From contig NC_069001.1 of the NCBI RefSeq assembly GCF_001194135.2, positions 15,735,545-15,768,426 on the forward strand: a stretch of DNA of 32,882 nucleotides, written 5' to 3'. A program made the translations under genes and the position numbers. Positions within the stretch are counted from its first letter, which is position 1. Each line of letters starts with the position of its first letter. Below are positions 10,166 through 23,529 of this stretch, one piece after another. The notes beneath the pieces are model-generated. The model did not search any database. It worked only from the letters and a program-made list of their open reading frames with translations, and was not told where the DNA came from. This DNA is from Octopus bimaculoides (lineage: Eukaryota).

Positions 10166-12894
10166 ATTAAGGTACTAGGTTGTCTGGGGTTATCGCCTAG
10201 TTTAACACCAACGCCTTTGTCCTTAGGGGCCCTTAGCTGGGGTCCCTTTTATCGCAAGCATTTAGACTAGATATCTGTTCTACTCTAGAGAAAGTAAGCT
10301 TAGTAAATATACTCATGCAATCTCGGAGTTACCAAGCTAATGAGGAAGCCCTTTAAGTGGTCACTTGACTTGCTAGAGATAACCACCAAATCACACCCAT
10401 CTTAAAGCAGGATACATGGAATAATGCAAATTCTAGATAAACAAGGTGTGAGATTTAAGACAAGTCACAATCCTAACACACAGTCTTTGATCATAACTCA
10501 GCTCAATCAGGACAGAGGAGAGAGTAAATCACACCGTATTGACTTTAGAAGTCCTAGTACCCTCCTCCTTCTGGCACAACCACAAAATTGTAAAAAATAA
10601 AGAGGAGTGGATAACTATGCTGTAGGTGGGATTTTTTTGTTGGTTTTTATTTTATTTTCTTAACATATTTCTTACTAGAAAACCAACTGATCTTGGTGTG
10701 TTTATGTCCTCATAACTTAGCAGTTTGGCAAAAGAGACTGATATAATAAGTACTAGGCTTACAAAGAATAAGTCCTGGGGTTGATTCGTTTGACTAAAGG
10801 TAGCACTCCAGCATGGCCACAGTCAAATGACAAACAAGTAAAAGAGTAAATAATAAGGTATTTGTTGTTAAAATATTACTAAAATACAACAATTTATTGT
10901 CAAAACAATTGAATATGTTGATCTGTCTGGTCTGAGGGTCTCTCTCTTTTGCTCACCTAAACCAGACTGGGCCAACCAAAGTCTTGTGAGTGGATTTGGT
11001 AGACAGAAACTGAAAGCCCATCGCATGCATGCACACGTGTGTGTGTGCTGTGTGCATGCGTGGCTAACCACTGCTTGACAACCAACCCATTTCGAAGGTG
11101 GTTCATATTTAAAATGAAAATATTCTGGCATAATTTTATGCAAAAACGTTTTGTTAGCTTTCAAACACCTGGCTTCAGAAACAAAAAAAAAAAAAGTTAT
11201 TTTACTATAACTTGCCAACTCTAACCCTGTCAAATGCAATACTTATTTATTCACATTATTTTCAATTAAAAACACATTATCTTATAGCTTCAAGATTTCA
11301 TTGACGTGATTCTATATTTCTAGAACGGCAATTTATGATTAGTGCGAGAAACTTGATCTGGTCATTTTTAACATAAAACAGAATATTTGAGCTGGATATG
11401 GCCGGTTCAAATGCTAAACAGTTAATTAAAACATAAGGGCAACACATTTTATTAGATATATAAAACTAATGAAAGGATTAACTGCTTGTTCTACATTCAT
11501 CAAGAACACTACCACAATATAATCTTTGCATCATTCCTCAAAATACCTCTCTGAATTAATGATGATAGCAGTGTACCTACCTATATAGTATAACAGTCAC
11601 TAAGTGTATAAGGTGAGCTGAGAATGAAGTCTACATGATGATTACTAGAAGTGCAACCAAATTCCCTCGAATCACACCCAACTATCTTACAAAAACAAGG
11701 AAGGACAATTAAGATAGACGCATCGCCTACTAAAAAGACATTTAACACTTAAGCACTCAGATTACTGTCAAAATGTAATGCTTATTTATTCACATTGTTT
11801 TGAAATAATCACAAACTATCTCATAGCTTTGAGATTTCAATGTGACTATTTTTAGAATGACATTGCAGGATAGGCATGCAAGGCCTGATCTAGTCACTAT
11901 GAACAAAAAACTGAATGTTTAGGCCTGACATGGCTGGTTTAAATACTAAAGGTTTATGGTTGGAATATTTCCGGTTGTTGCCAAACAGCAACAACCAGTA
12001 TATAAAATTATTGCAGTATAAATTGATTTTGCAAGTTTTCCTATACAGAATCAAACTACTTCTAAGGTCACACTTATAATCATTATTATTATTATTACTA
12101 CTATTCCTACCGTCTATAAATTAACTTTTACGTTAATAAATGGGTAAATAAGAAAAAGGATGGGAAGAAGGTAGGTACAGCAATAACAAAGAGGTATTTT
12201 CTTCACTATATTATTCAAGTGTTAATAGAAGTGACAACCAAATAAAACTGAATACAGACCACTCCTAACAATAAATCATATATACAGGTTTTCTGAGTCA
12301 TTCGGTTACCCAACCACAATATAATACTAACAATGTTTAATGGGAATTTCTACCCAGTTTAGAAGACTTATTTGGCAACTTCATTTTTTTCTTCTTCTTC
12401 CAAACCCAATCTTTACATGTATAGAGTGATAAGCCCCTAAAAGGACTTCACTGATTACAACTACTCTCAGCCCCAGCAGTAATATAACCACTCAACAAGT
12501 ACACCAGAGTATTAGTATCACCTTAAGACGAATAGTGACCTGACATCTGTAGTGTACTGTGCTAAGATAATAATAACGATGGCAACTCAAATTGTAGCAT
12601 AGTGACAAACAGAAAGGTGTGTTGCAAAATTGTCTAAGCCCAAAATATTTCTGCTCTTCATGTGCAAGGACTACTTGTGTGTGAGCCTGAATACATTTTA
12701 TTTAAGGGCTAGACAATGTTTTCTTTTTTCGTGTGTGTGTGTGTTCATTTTTAACAGTTGACCTTAAGGCTATAAACTGAATCCCACCCCTTGGATAGAT
12801 AACCTAATATTTACATTTATTCATAGCTTTATCTACTTCAAATTCAACTGTTAAAAACAAATTATTTTACATCTTTCAAAGTTTCTAAATTCTT

Positions 12895-13286
12895 ATGATG
12901 TAGGTGACACATAAAATACACCATTTCGAGCATGGCCGTTGATCGTTACCAACGTTGCCTCCCTGACACTTGTGCCAGTGGTATGTGAAAAGACATTCGA
13001 GCGAGAACATTGCCAGTGCCGCTGGACTGGCACCTGTGCAGGTGGCATATAAAATACAGCATTTCGAGCGTGGCCGTCGCCAGTATCGCCTGACTGGCCT
13101 TCATGCCGGTGGCACGTAAAAGCACCCACTACACTCTCAGAGTGGTTGGCGTTATGAAGGGCATCCAGCTGTAGAAACTGCCAAATCAGATTGGAGCCTG
13201 GTGTCGCCTCCTGGTCCACCAGTCCTCAGTCAAATCGTCCAGCCCATGCTAGCATGGAAAGCAGACGTTAAACGACGATGATAATG
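12895..13286 (+). mobile_element. Family C repeat, the only copy seen in the opposite orientation
   Basis: Reverse complement of 6569-6897 over ~320 nt. Ends cccatgctagcatggaaagcagacgttaaacgacgatgat. Confidence 0.85.
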
Positions 13287-14408
13287 AATACAAAATAAAC
13301 ACACAAATCTGTTGATTCACCAAAGAGTGATAAATTAGAGAATTCTATACATAAGTATAGAGTGTTCTTTAATACATAATAACTGAAAACTCCTAATCCA
13401 AGCACTTCAAGTAACATGTTTCTGGTTATTCAGCTGATAATTCGAAACTGCTTTAACTTTGAATTATTTGCTGTTTGAATATATTTCTGAAATATATGAC
13501 AGTTTTTAAGAAAAAACCTCTCTCTCTCTAATGTAGTGGTGTATTATCTTTAGTGAAATAAATGGTATCAGTGTCTTTGAAAAATTGGAAAACACTGCTA
13601 TGGTAAATTCTGTCCTATAATCATTTACAGAGTTGACCAGAATTTATACTTTTTGTAGAAATTTGGAGGGGATTTCATTCATGGATGCTGTTGTGCAGAC
13701 TAGATTTTTTTAAAATGTGCATATAAATCTATATACACATAAGTATTGCGTATGTAAAGCTATGAACACAGCAGTGATGCAATTTTGCAACGTATTTTTT
13801 ATCTAATTTCGTATCCCACAACAGACTGGAAAGGACAGCACTATTATACCAAGTGGTTACCAAAACTAACAATAATACACTCCAAGTGTTAGGTCACTGT
13901 TAGTCTTAAGATGACAATTAATCATGTTGTGTACCTGTTGACTGATAATATTGCTAGTAGAACCATGCAAGTCATATCTAGCCGTTTATCAGTTACTGAA
14001 CCACATTAGTAAAGACCTCATAGGAGGTTTGGGGAGTCAGAGAAAGACAGAACATTTAGTAGGTCTACCTTCCAAATCCTTTTCAGGATAACTTCTGTCA
14101 CTGGCTCCCACCCGGCACCCAGCTCTCACATGTGGTCCCCAAGAATTATCTGCATGTGGTAATGTTCCACATTCAGGCCAAACAAAACTGAGGTCAGCCA
14201 ACAAGTCTTAAACTCTTAGTGAAATTCTTTAATGGCTTCTTGCCAATAAACACATATGAAAACTGGGGTTTTAGTGGACTGTGTGGAGGAAACCTAACCA
14301 TCAGGGGTTTAAGTTTCAGTGGGCAGGAATGCAACGCCTGCAACCCTGCTAAACACTGTGGGTGTTTAGAGAAGAAAGGTATTAATTTTTCTAATAAAAA
14401 AAAATTAA

Positions 14409-14887
14409 CCCTTTAGCATTTAAACCAGCCACATCCAGTGCAAATATTCTATCAGTTATGTTCAAACTGGACAGATCAGGCCTTTCACACCATCTACCCT
14501 ACAGTGTCATTCTAAAAATAAACAATCACATCATTGAAATCTTGAAGCTACAACATAATGTATGAGTAATACAAAACAATGTGAATAAATAAGGAGTGGC
14601 TGTGTGGTAAGTAGCTTGCCTACCAACCACATGGTTCTGGGTTCAGTCCCACTGCGTGGCACTTTGGGCAAGTGTCTTCTACTATAGCCTTGGGCCGACC
14701 AAAGCCTTGTGAGTGGATTTGGTAGACGGAAACTGAAAGAAGCCTGTCNNNNNNNNNNNNNNNNNNNNNNNNNNNNNNNNNNNNNNNNNNNNNNNNNNNN
14801 NNNNNNNNNNNNNNNNNNNNNNNNNNNNNNNNNNNNNNNNNNNNNNNNNNNNNNNNNNNNNNNNNNNNNNNNNNNNNNNNNNNNNNN

Positions 14888-14938
<51 letters not shown>

Positions 14939-15189
14939 ATATGTTTGTGTGTCTATGTTTGTTCCCCCAACTTCGCTTAACAACCGATGCTGGTGTGTTT
15001 ACGTCCCCATAACTTAGCGGTTCGGCAAAAGAGACCGATAGAATAAGTACCAGGCTTACAAAGAATAAGTCCTGGGGTCGATTTGCTCGACTAAAGGCAG
15101 TGTTCCAGCATGGCCACAGTCAAATGACTGAAACAAGTAAAAGAGTAAAGGAGTATTACAATTGACAGAGTAATATGAATGCTAAAGGG
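14409..15189. mobile_element. TTAA-flanked MITE, family P1 (piggyBac-type), split by a SINE
   Basis: TTAA (14405-14408)|ccctttagcatt ... aatgctaaaggg|TTAA (15190-15193): perfect 12-bp TIR plus TTAA duplication. Other copies at 5391-5605, 5911-6106, ~11200-11430, ~11741-11950 and ~17412-17594. Confidence 0.8.
14593..15150 (+). mobile_element. tRNA-headed SINE, family A (head + internal microsatellite + tail), inserted in a TTAA MITE
   Basis: Head ggagtggctgtgtggtaag...gggttcagtcccactgcgtggcac with A/B-box-like motifs, an internal (TA)n(TG)n spanning the gap, and tail ...gataGAATAAGTACCagg...ccagcatggccacagtcaaatgactgaaacaag. Homologous to many other copies in the window. Confidence 0.85.
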
Positions 15190-15689
15190 TTAATCCAGCA
15201 ACAATATTACTATTCTAAACACAGTTTCAACTTCTGTTGGAATTAAAATTTGAGCAGGGCATTGTGTTATCAGTGAAGAGAAACATGATTGACAATGTGG
15301 CAAGATCCAATACACTTTTATGATACAAGTTCTTTTGTTTTTAATAGTTTCAATAGAAATCACTGGACCACACAAATATCTATGTAAAGAAAAGTGGGGG
15401 AGAACATGTTGAATGGGATAGTATAGGAAAACATGGATAATAAACCACTGTACAAAATTAGGTTGTTTGATTACAATAAACTTTCACCACCACCCCCTAC
15501 TCCTTTTGCCAAGTATAGAGAGGGAGTTAGACGCCATTTAGTGAACTACATAACATTTGGGACCCTTAAAGTGTAAATACTGAACACCTTTACATCATTA
15601 AAGATGTTTTTTTAATAATAATTGGATTAACAATAACTTATCTCAGACATTTATGTTGTTGGGGCCAAGATACACAGCTACTAATCCAG

Positions 15690-15890
15690 CAGATGGGTGT
15701 TCATTCCACCATCAGCAATGAGTGATCAGACCTAAGATCAAAGGTATTCCAGTCATGACCACCATATCTTATATTCAGCCCTTGGGAAACCAGAACTACA
15801 TTATCCCATTAGCCAATGTGTCCTTCTGCCTTTAAAATGGCAGTGTGACTCGAGGGCAATTTAGTTGCTATTTCCAGTAGTTGATAGGAA
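15690..15890 (+). repeat. Family D dispersed repeat (SINE-like; strand assignment arbitrary)
   Basis: Motifs gatcaaagg(t/c)(a/g)ttccag and gtgtga..gaggg...tt.g.tgctattt. Also at ~30350-30515 and, inverted, at ~10340-10510, 11620-11720 and 23878-24045. Confidence 0.55.
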
Positions 15891-18623
15891 ATGTAGTGAT
15901 GGACTATTACAGGGGCACCACTGAAGGCCCAAGAATCATTGAGAGAGATCCAAGGAGTAGCTTCCCATTGCCTTCTCTAGGCCCCTAAGGTGACTCAGAA
16001 GCCATCCATCTTCTCCATCCTCTATTCTTAGGCGGATCTAGAAGGTAAAGTCCTCAGGCACCTCTTTGATAGGGTCCTATCAGAAGCATTCGTCATTACA
16101 CTTTCTCACTGGATTCCCAAGTGCAGCCAACAGATACAAGGGATGCAATCCAACCACCTTATTCTTGGTCTACCCACTAGATTTCCTAGTGTTTGACTCC
16201 TTTTCATAATTAAACCCAGAGTCTGAGCTAATAAAACACTTAATAATAATGTGCTACCACAGTGTCAGAGTATGCTAATATAGCTTGATTAACTCAGCTA
16301 CTGACAATACATCATTATCCTTTCACATCCATTTTCCGCGCTGGCATGGATTGAATGCTTTGACCAGAGCTGACAACCTGGAGAGTTGCACCAGGCTCCA
16401 GTCTGTTTTGGCTTAGTTTCGACAGCTGGATGCCTTTCCTAACGCCAACCACTCTGCAGAGTGTGCTAGGAGCTTTTTACATGGCACCCGCACAAGTGCC
16501 TTTCTTTTTTTATTTTAATGTGTTGCTGGCACAGGAGCTATTACATGGCATTGGCACAGCAGCTTTATCATGACACTAGCACAAGAGCTTTTAACACGGC
16601 ACTGGCACAGGGCACTCACAAGCCAATCCGCTTCACCAGGGGAAGTGACCGTAACAACTCAGTGCTAATGTATGCAGCTAATCATCCTTGTTTTCATGCC
16701 TACTTCTTCATATTTGCATGGGTCTCACAAGACTACATTGCAGCAGGGATTCTTTTTATAGCCATATGTCTTTCCTGTTGCCAACCTTCACTCATTTCCA
16801 AGTGAGGTAATCGCCCAGTCTCTTGAACGACAAATGGCCCAGGCATGTTTTATGTGGAGAAATGGAAACAAATTGAGTGAATAAGCTTCTTCATTCACAA
16901 AGATTGCACATGTCAAGACATGTCAAGAAATCCACACAAGCTTTCTGGATAGACTACAAGGAAACAACAGCGTCAGGGAAGTCATTGCCCATAAACCAGC
17001 AAGCACAAAGGAACTATAAGTACAAATACACACACACACACACGGTTTTATTTAATTTTCTGTGTTCCAAATTTACTCACAAGGCTATGGTTAGCATGAT
17101 GCTGCAGTAGAAGACACTTGGTCAAGGTGCCATGCAGTGGGACTGAACCCAAAACCATGTGGCTGGAAAACAAACCTCTCAACAACATAGCCATGCCATA
17201 ATTCACACTATTATGTCTATAGCTAAGACACTTCACTAGTTCTCTATATCTATAGTGATACATTGGTGCCAGGCCATAAATTTAGGGAAGTGACAAGTTG
17301 GTTGTATCAATCCCTAGTAATTCACTGGTACTTTATTTTTATCAACCCCAGAAGTACAAAACTTGAAGTTCATCTCAATGGAATTTGAACCCAAATCATA
17401 AAAACCCATAATTAATCCTTTAGCAAATATTCATGTTTTATGTTAATACTGTCAAAATCTGACCCTACAATGTTCTAGAAATAAACAATCACCTCATTAA
17501 AATCTCAAAGCTACAAGATAATGCAGGATTAATTCAAAAAATGCATGAATAAAAAGTATTGAATTTCACAGAGTAATGTGAATGCTTAACAGTTAAGCAC
17601 AAGCTTTTGTCCTATGCTCCCCCATTCTGCCAAGCCACAAATATTAACTGCTATCAACATTCTGTTAACTTGTCTTAGGTTAAACAGTCTTGAGGTAGAA
17701 CCAAGAAGTTTGCAAGCTTTAGAGATATACAGTCATACTCATCACAGAGAAAGTGCATGGAGAGGATATAATTCTGGAATAATAGAACAATTTCAGTGTA
17801 GGCAAAAGATGTGCAAAGAATTGATGTATTGAAATGTGTGATGGAATTATGCCAAGACAGGACCATAACTATACTGTCATAAAATGTATGTATACCACTT
17901 CACATGGATTAACAGACAGGCTGATAGCATACTTGATTCTACAAAACTCATTTATTTGACAGTGAAAAGAAAAATGTCATGTAAGCATCTTTATTAGATG
18001 TTGATGAACAATAAACATTAAAAGGATAGAATGAGCATGTAAACAACAAATAAAGAGAAAGAAATCTGAAGAGATTGATCAGGAGAGAAAAAAAAAACGA
18101 AAAAAAAACGAAAGTGAAAATGAAGAGACAATGAAAAACAATCTCCATTACAATGAAATACTGAGAGTATCAAGAGGTTTTAAGTCACAATAACTCATTT
18201 AACACAAAACTGAACAAAAAGTTATTGTTCAATGGTTAAGATTCCTATCACTCAGATGACCGAGATTCAATTCCTGGCCTGGCAACTTTGTTATATGGGC
18301 TGACATGGCTTTGTGGTTAGGAAGCTCGTTTTGCAACCATGGGTTTCAGGTACAGTCCTGCAGCATGGCAATTTGGGCAAGTGTTTTCGACTACAGCCCT
18401 GGGCCAATCAAAGCCTTGTGAGTGAATTTGGTTGATGGAAACTGTGTGGGTGCCCACCACATATATGATAACCAGGTATTTATCACAACTGTCCAATGAA
18501 TGGTGACATGAAACTGAGTAACAGTTCTGTGATAATTTTGCAGCTTTAATAAAAAAAAAATACACTACTCTACCTTTGGTATCTGAGTACTATTTTTTCC
18601 ACCTTGTTTTACACTTATATGCT

Positions 18624-18654
<31 letters not shown>

Positions 18655-19429
18655 ATCATCATCATCGTTTAACGTCCGCTTTCCATGCTAGCATGGGTTG
18701 GACAATTTGACCGAAGACTGGCAAGCCAGAAGGCGGCACCAGGCTCCAATCTGATCCAGCAGAGCTTCTACTGCTGGATGCCCTTCCTAACGTCAACCAC
18801 TTCGAGAGTGTAGTGGGTGCTTTTACGTGCCACCGGTATGAGGGCCAGTCACACGGTACTGGCAACAGCCCCGCTCAAAAAGAAGTTTTTTACATGCCAC
18901 CTGCACGGGAGCCAGTCCAGCGGCATTATCATTTAACATGTATTCTCCATGTTGGCATGAGTTGGACAGTTTGACCAGAGCTGGAAAGTAGGAGAGATGC
19001 ACCAGATTCCAGTCTGATTTGGCTTGGTTTCTAGGGCTGGATGCCTTTCATAATACTAACCACTTTACAGAGTGAGCCAAGAGCCTTTTTACATGGCACC
19101 AGCACAGGTGCTTTCATGTGGCACCCACACAGGTGTTATTACATGGCACCAGCACGGGAAATTATGTGGCATCAGTTTGCATATGCGCACCAGTCTTCGT
19201 GCTTGTTCCCTTACTATTTGACAACAGATGTCAGTTTATTTACATCTCAGTAATTAAGCAGTTTAGCAAATGATACCAACAGATGTACCAACATTTAAAA
19301 AAATTAAGTACTGAGATTGATCAGTTGGATTGAGACACTTTGTGGCAGTGCCACTGACATGGTCATAGTGCAAAGACTGAAACAAGAGATGAAAGACCCA
19401 CAATGACTGGCATCATGATCATCCATTAC

Positions 19430-19790
19430 AATGAAAGTTAAAGGAAATATAGCAGAGAAGGGAAATGACAAGGGAGTTCCTATTGACATGATAGGAACCA
19501 TAACAAAAAGAACTCAGAGTACAATGCAAATGGCATGCAGCTCGGGTTTGCAAGTCAAATCAAAACCAAAAAAGAAAGCTGTTTCTAGTGAGATAACTTC
19601 AGTTATTTTTAAGCAAATGTTGCATTCATCAACCTAGAAAAGGCTGCTGACGGGGTCCCCATGCTTAGTAGTTTAGTAAAGCTACAAGCAATGATAAAGT
19701 TAGGTTTGGATGAATGGATTTAGAGATCTCTGCAAGCTATACATGCTAAAATACAGTCGTGGTTATCCACGTGTTCAGTGAGAAATTTAG
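19430..19790 (+). mobile_element. Second decayed RTE-like RT fragment
   Basis: KGNIAEKGNDKG resembles KGDAL-RGNYRG. VAFINLEKAADGVP from 19619 resembles LAFVDLEKAFDRVP, followed by KLGLDEWI. It repeats the region seen at 20450-20690, so it is an independent copy. Confidence 0.6.
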
Positions 19791-20449
19791 TGTGTATGTG
19801 TGTGTTTATAAAAATACATACACACACACAACCACAATAATAGCGGCAAGATCAATATATTTCCTTAAAAATGCAAGTGATGAATAGTTTGCACTATTTT
19901 GAGCCTATCACTCACTACAACATGTTATTTATTACAGAGTGGGATTCTGGAAGATTATGTTGAACACAACTAATAAGAGATTTCATAAATATGGACGGTA
20001 AGACAAACTAACCTGAAAACTCAAAGCCAGTAAAAGTTAAATGTGCAAAATATCCAGTTATGTGTGTGCGTGTGTGTGGACACGGACATGGCTGTGCAGT
20101 TGAGAAGTCTGCATCCTAACCACATGGTTTCAGGTTAGTCCCAGTGAATGGTACCTTGAACAAATGTTTTCTACTATAGTACTGAACTGACCTAAGTCTT
20201 GCAAGTGAATTTGGATGATGAAAACAGAGAGAAGCCCATCATGTGTGTGTCCATGTGTTGAGAGTTATAACTGAAGTCATCCAAAACAGTAGCATTCATT
20301 TCTTACCTCATGTCTGACCATGAGGAAATATTGCCTTGCTTGGGAACAGTTGAGGGTTAATGACAAGAGCAACCAACCATAAAAAATCTGTCTCAAATTT
20401 TACCTGACCCATGCAATTTATCAAAACAAGTTCATAATATTTTAGCCTT

Positions 20450-22190
20450 AAGTTGAAAAAAACTTATCACCTAGTTTCCTTACTGGACATTTTGAGCAAT
20501 AACATTTACAAGAGTCTTTTAGCTAAGTGTAAGCCATTATACCTGGCGTTCCTCTATTTGGAGAAGCCCTTTGACATGAAACTATGCTCCATAGTTTCAT
20601 GGCCTTCAAGAAAACTAGATGCAGATGAAAGACTTGCAATATTTGTCCAAACCATCTACAGAGACACCAGAAAGGTAATGAGAAGTGTCTGAAAGGGCTC
20701 TTCTCAGCCCCACCCCACCACAGAACAATTTAATGCTGACTGACCAAAGGAAACTCTACACTGATGACCTAATTCTTATAGTTAAATTTGTTTAGGAATT
20801 AGAAAAGAAATTCCAATGTGGAAAAAATGCCTCAGCTCAAGAGCCTTAAAGTAAATTTAGTAAAGACAAGACAAGACTTTAACCCTTTCAGATCTGGACC
20901 CGTGTCTAACTTTACCCTCTACCTAGGCTCCTAAGCAGAATAAAATAGTTGCACATACAGCTCAATAGTAAAGATTGCAGGAAAACTGATGGACAGAATC
21001 ACATAAAAAATTCAGGATTTTAATAATAATAACAGACCTGTCTCTCAACTACTATATTTGTTCACCCAACTTGCTACTTTCCTCACACTTTCACCAGTTT
21101 GATTGTCCGAATCACTCATTACCATCCTAAGTGTAAACTCTTCATCCAAACCCAACTGCAAAAGTCTAGGAGTTTCTTGTTTACTGGACAAAGTGCTGGA
21201 TTCATCATACACTTGTTTCATGCAAATTCGCCCCCCCCCCATTAAAAACGAAAGTAAAGAACAGCTATGGGGGACACCATTAACAATGAGTCAAAAACAC
21301 AGTTGACTAAGTTTAGTACTTTATCTTTTTCTACTTGTTCATTATCGAGAATCCAGCAGAGATGACATGCAAGCTACTCCTATATGACAGCAGGAACACA
21401 ACAGGACAGGGTTAATGTTATTTGGTAAGAGGTTATGTCTGATAAGTGGTAACAGAGTAGATAGATAAAGAATTCCATAAGGTGTACCGAATGTAAACTA
21501 TGGATGTACAAGTTGGAATGGGATCACAGGTACAGACAGAGAAGAAAGATATTGTATATGACAAATGCACAGGAATATTTAGCAGCAAGAACTCTGGTGG
21601 AATAAATTCTCTTAAAGCTCAGAAGGCCCGATACAAGTAGCTGATAGCTTCTGTTACCTATGTGACCTAATTAGCAATGGAAAAGTTTTGAAAGCATAGT
21701 AAGTAGGCAGAGTAAGAATGAGGTGGAAAAAGCTATTACTTCCACTGGAAACAAAGGAGTGGTAAGTGGATTATATGACAGCTGTGTATAAAGTATAATG
21801 TTGTATGCTAACAAAAGATGTGTATCTCATGTGGAAAACTTGTAAAGGCTGGAATTAAATAAGGCCAATATTCTTTGCTGGGTGTATGTTAAGGGTACAG
21901 GAATGATGTAGCATGAATAAGCTAACAGAGAAACCAGATTTAAGAGGAATTAGATGATGTGCACAAGAGAGAAGGCTATGTTGTTACAGATATGAAGGAA
22001 GACAGTTGGGTAAACAAGTAGTAGGCAATCCAAGTGAAAGGAACCTGTGGAACGAGAAGGGCAAGGAATACCTGAGAGGAAGAAGTGGACAAAGTTTAAC
22101 CTCAAGATTGTGAATTTCATAAAGGAAGAGGTGTTACAGCAAGTGGTGATGCATTGTGCAACAGAAAGCCCATCCAACTCATGAAAACAT
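20450..22190 (+). mobile_element. Decayed RTE-clade non-LTR retrotransposon (RT and C-terminal region), interrupted at ~20880-21400
   Basis: Frameshifted translations: KPLYLAFLYLEKPFD (RT motif), LYTDDLILI at 20754-20780 (degenerate YADD), NSIRCTECKLW, DSFCYLCDLISNG (~21643-21681), GLYDSCV, RLELNKANILCW, QERRL, MKEDSWVNK. Confidence 0.8.
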
Positions 22191-22984
22191 CAACATTAGC
22201 ATTTAACATCCATGTTCAATGCTGGCATGGATTGGACAGTGTAACAGGATTCAATTTGTCCAAGAACTGCATCATACTCCAATGTCATCTTTAGTATGAT
22301 TTCTACAGTTGTATGCCCTTCCTAATGCCAACCACTTTACAGAGTGTACTGTGTGCTTTTCCACACACACACACACACACATCCCTATAGCACCAGTACA
22401 AATGAAGTCATCATGAAGCTTTCAACTCTAAGATCACTTTCAACTGAGTGAGGCTACAGTAGAGAGGGAGACATCTTTATGCTAAGAAACAAGAGGCTAC
22501 AGTATGAAAAAAGGGACCAGAACTGAACAGATTTATTACCACAGAGGAGCTATATAGCTACTCACATTATAGAAGAGTGGCAGAAAGTAACTAAGTTGGA
22601 ACTGGAAAAAGATAAATTAAGTGGTGTAGTGTCAGGGTAGAGGCAAGTTACAAGGTAAGTTAGAAATGAGCAGGAGGAGGAGAAAAACAGGGGTACAGGT
22701 GAGTATAAGTTGTAAAGGTGTATGGGAAAGTGAGAAAGGACTAGCGATGGGGAATAGATTAAAAAGTGAATACAATGATGAACTCAAGTAGAGGAATGAA
22801 TAAGGAATGTAGAGGTGACAAACGTAGAAATTGGACAGGGTTGAGGGGTGGATGTAGTGAATGGTGGGAAAATGTGGATGTAATAAATGATGTGTATAAG
22901 TGTGGGTGCAGGGCTGTGATATTTATTCCTTAAAATATATAACTCACACTAAGTATTTGGGAACTGATTTAGCTAAAATCTTGC

Positions 22985-23360
22985 AAGGGCACAGGTGTGG
23001 CTTGCTTCCCAACCACATGGTCCAGGATTCAGTCCCACTACACGGTACCTTGCACATATTTTTTTCTACTATAGCCTCAAACCAACCAAAGCCTTACGAG
23101 TCGATTCCTATCGACGGAAATTGAAAGAAACTCGTCGTATATATGCATACAGATATCTGTCTGCCTACCCCCACCGTTGCTTGACATCTGGTGTTGGTAG
23201 GTTTGCCTCTCCGTAACTTAGCGGTTTGGTAAAAGAGGCCGATAGAATAAGTACCAGGCTTTAAATATATACTGAGGACGATACATTCGACTAAAGATTC
23301 TTCAAGGTGGTACCCCAGCATGGCCACAACCTAATAGCTGAAACAGGTAAAAGATAAAAG
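22985..23360 (+). mobile_element. SINE family A
   Basis: Same head (gcttcccaaccacatgg...ttcagtcccact) and tail (taacttagcggttt...gatagaataagtaccagg...ccagcatggccac). Confidence 0.8.
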
Positions 23361-23529
23361 TGGTACTCCGCAACCTTTTTTTTTTCATTTGCAGTACACT
23401 TATATTTTCGAAATTCGGCGGCACACCTGAACTAAAAATACAACTAAAAGTATAAGGGAAAAAATTATATCCAGGTTAAACTGCGGCACACCTAACATCG
23501 CCTCGTGGAACACAGGTTGCGGAGCACTG
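23361..23529. mobile_element. Probable hAT-type MITE remnant
   Basis: Imperfect TIR tggtactccgcaacct / aggttgcggagcactg (13/16) and an internal gcggcacacct repeated twice. No intact 8-bp TSD. Confidence 0.5.

Noticed and set aside
9530-10170. Multiple overlapping ORFs rich in HT, CV and YI repeats (also at 1076, 7780, 14531, 24654, 31464 and 32077)
   Set aside because: They are translations of dinucleotide microsatellites, not genes.
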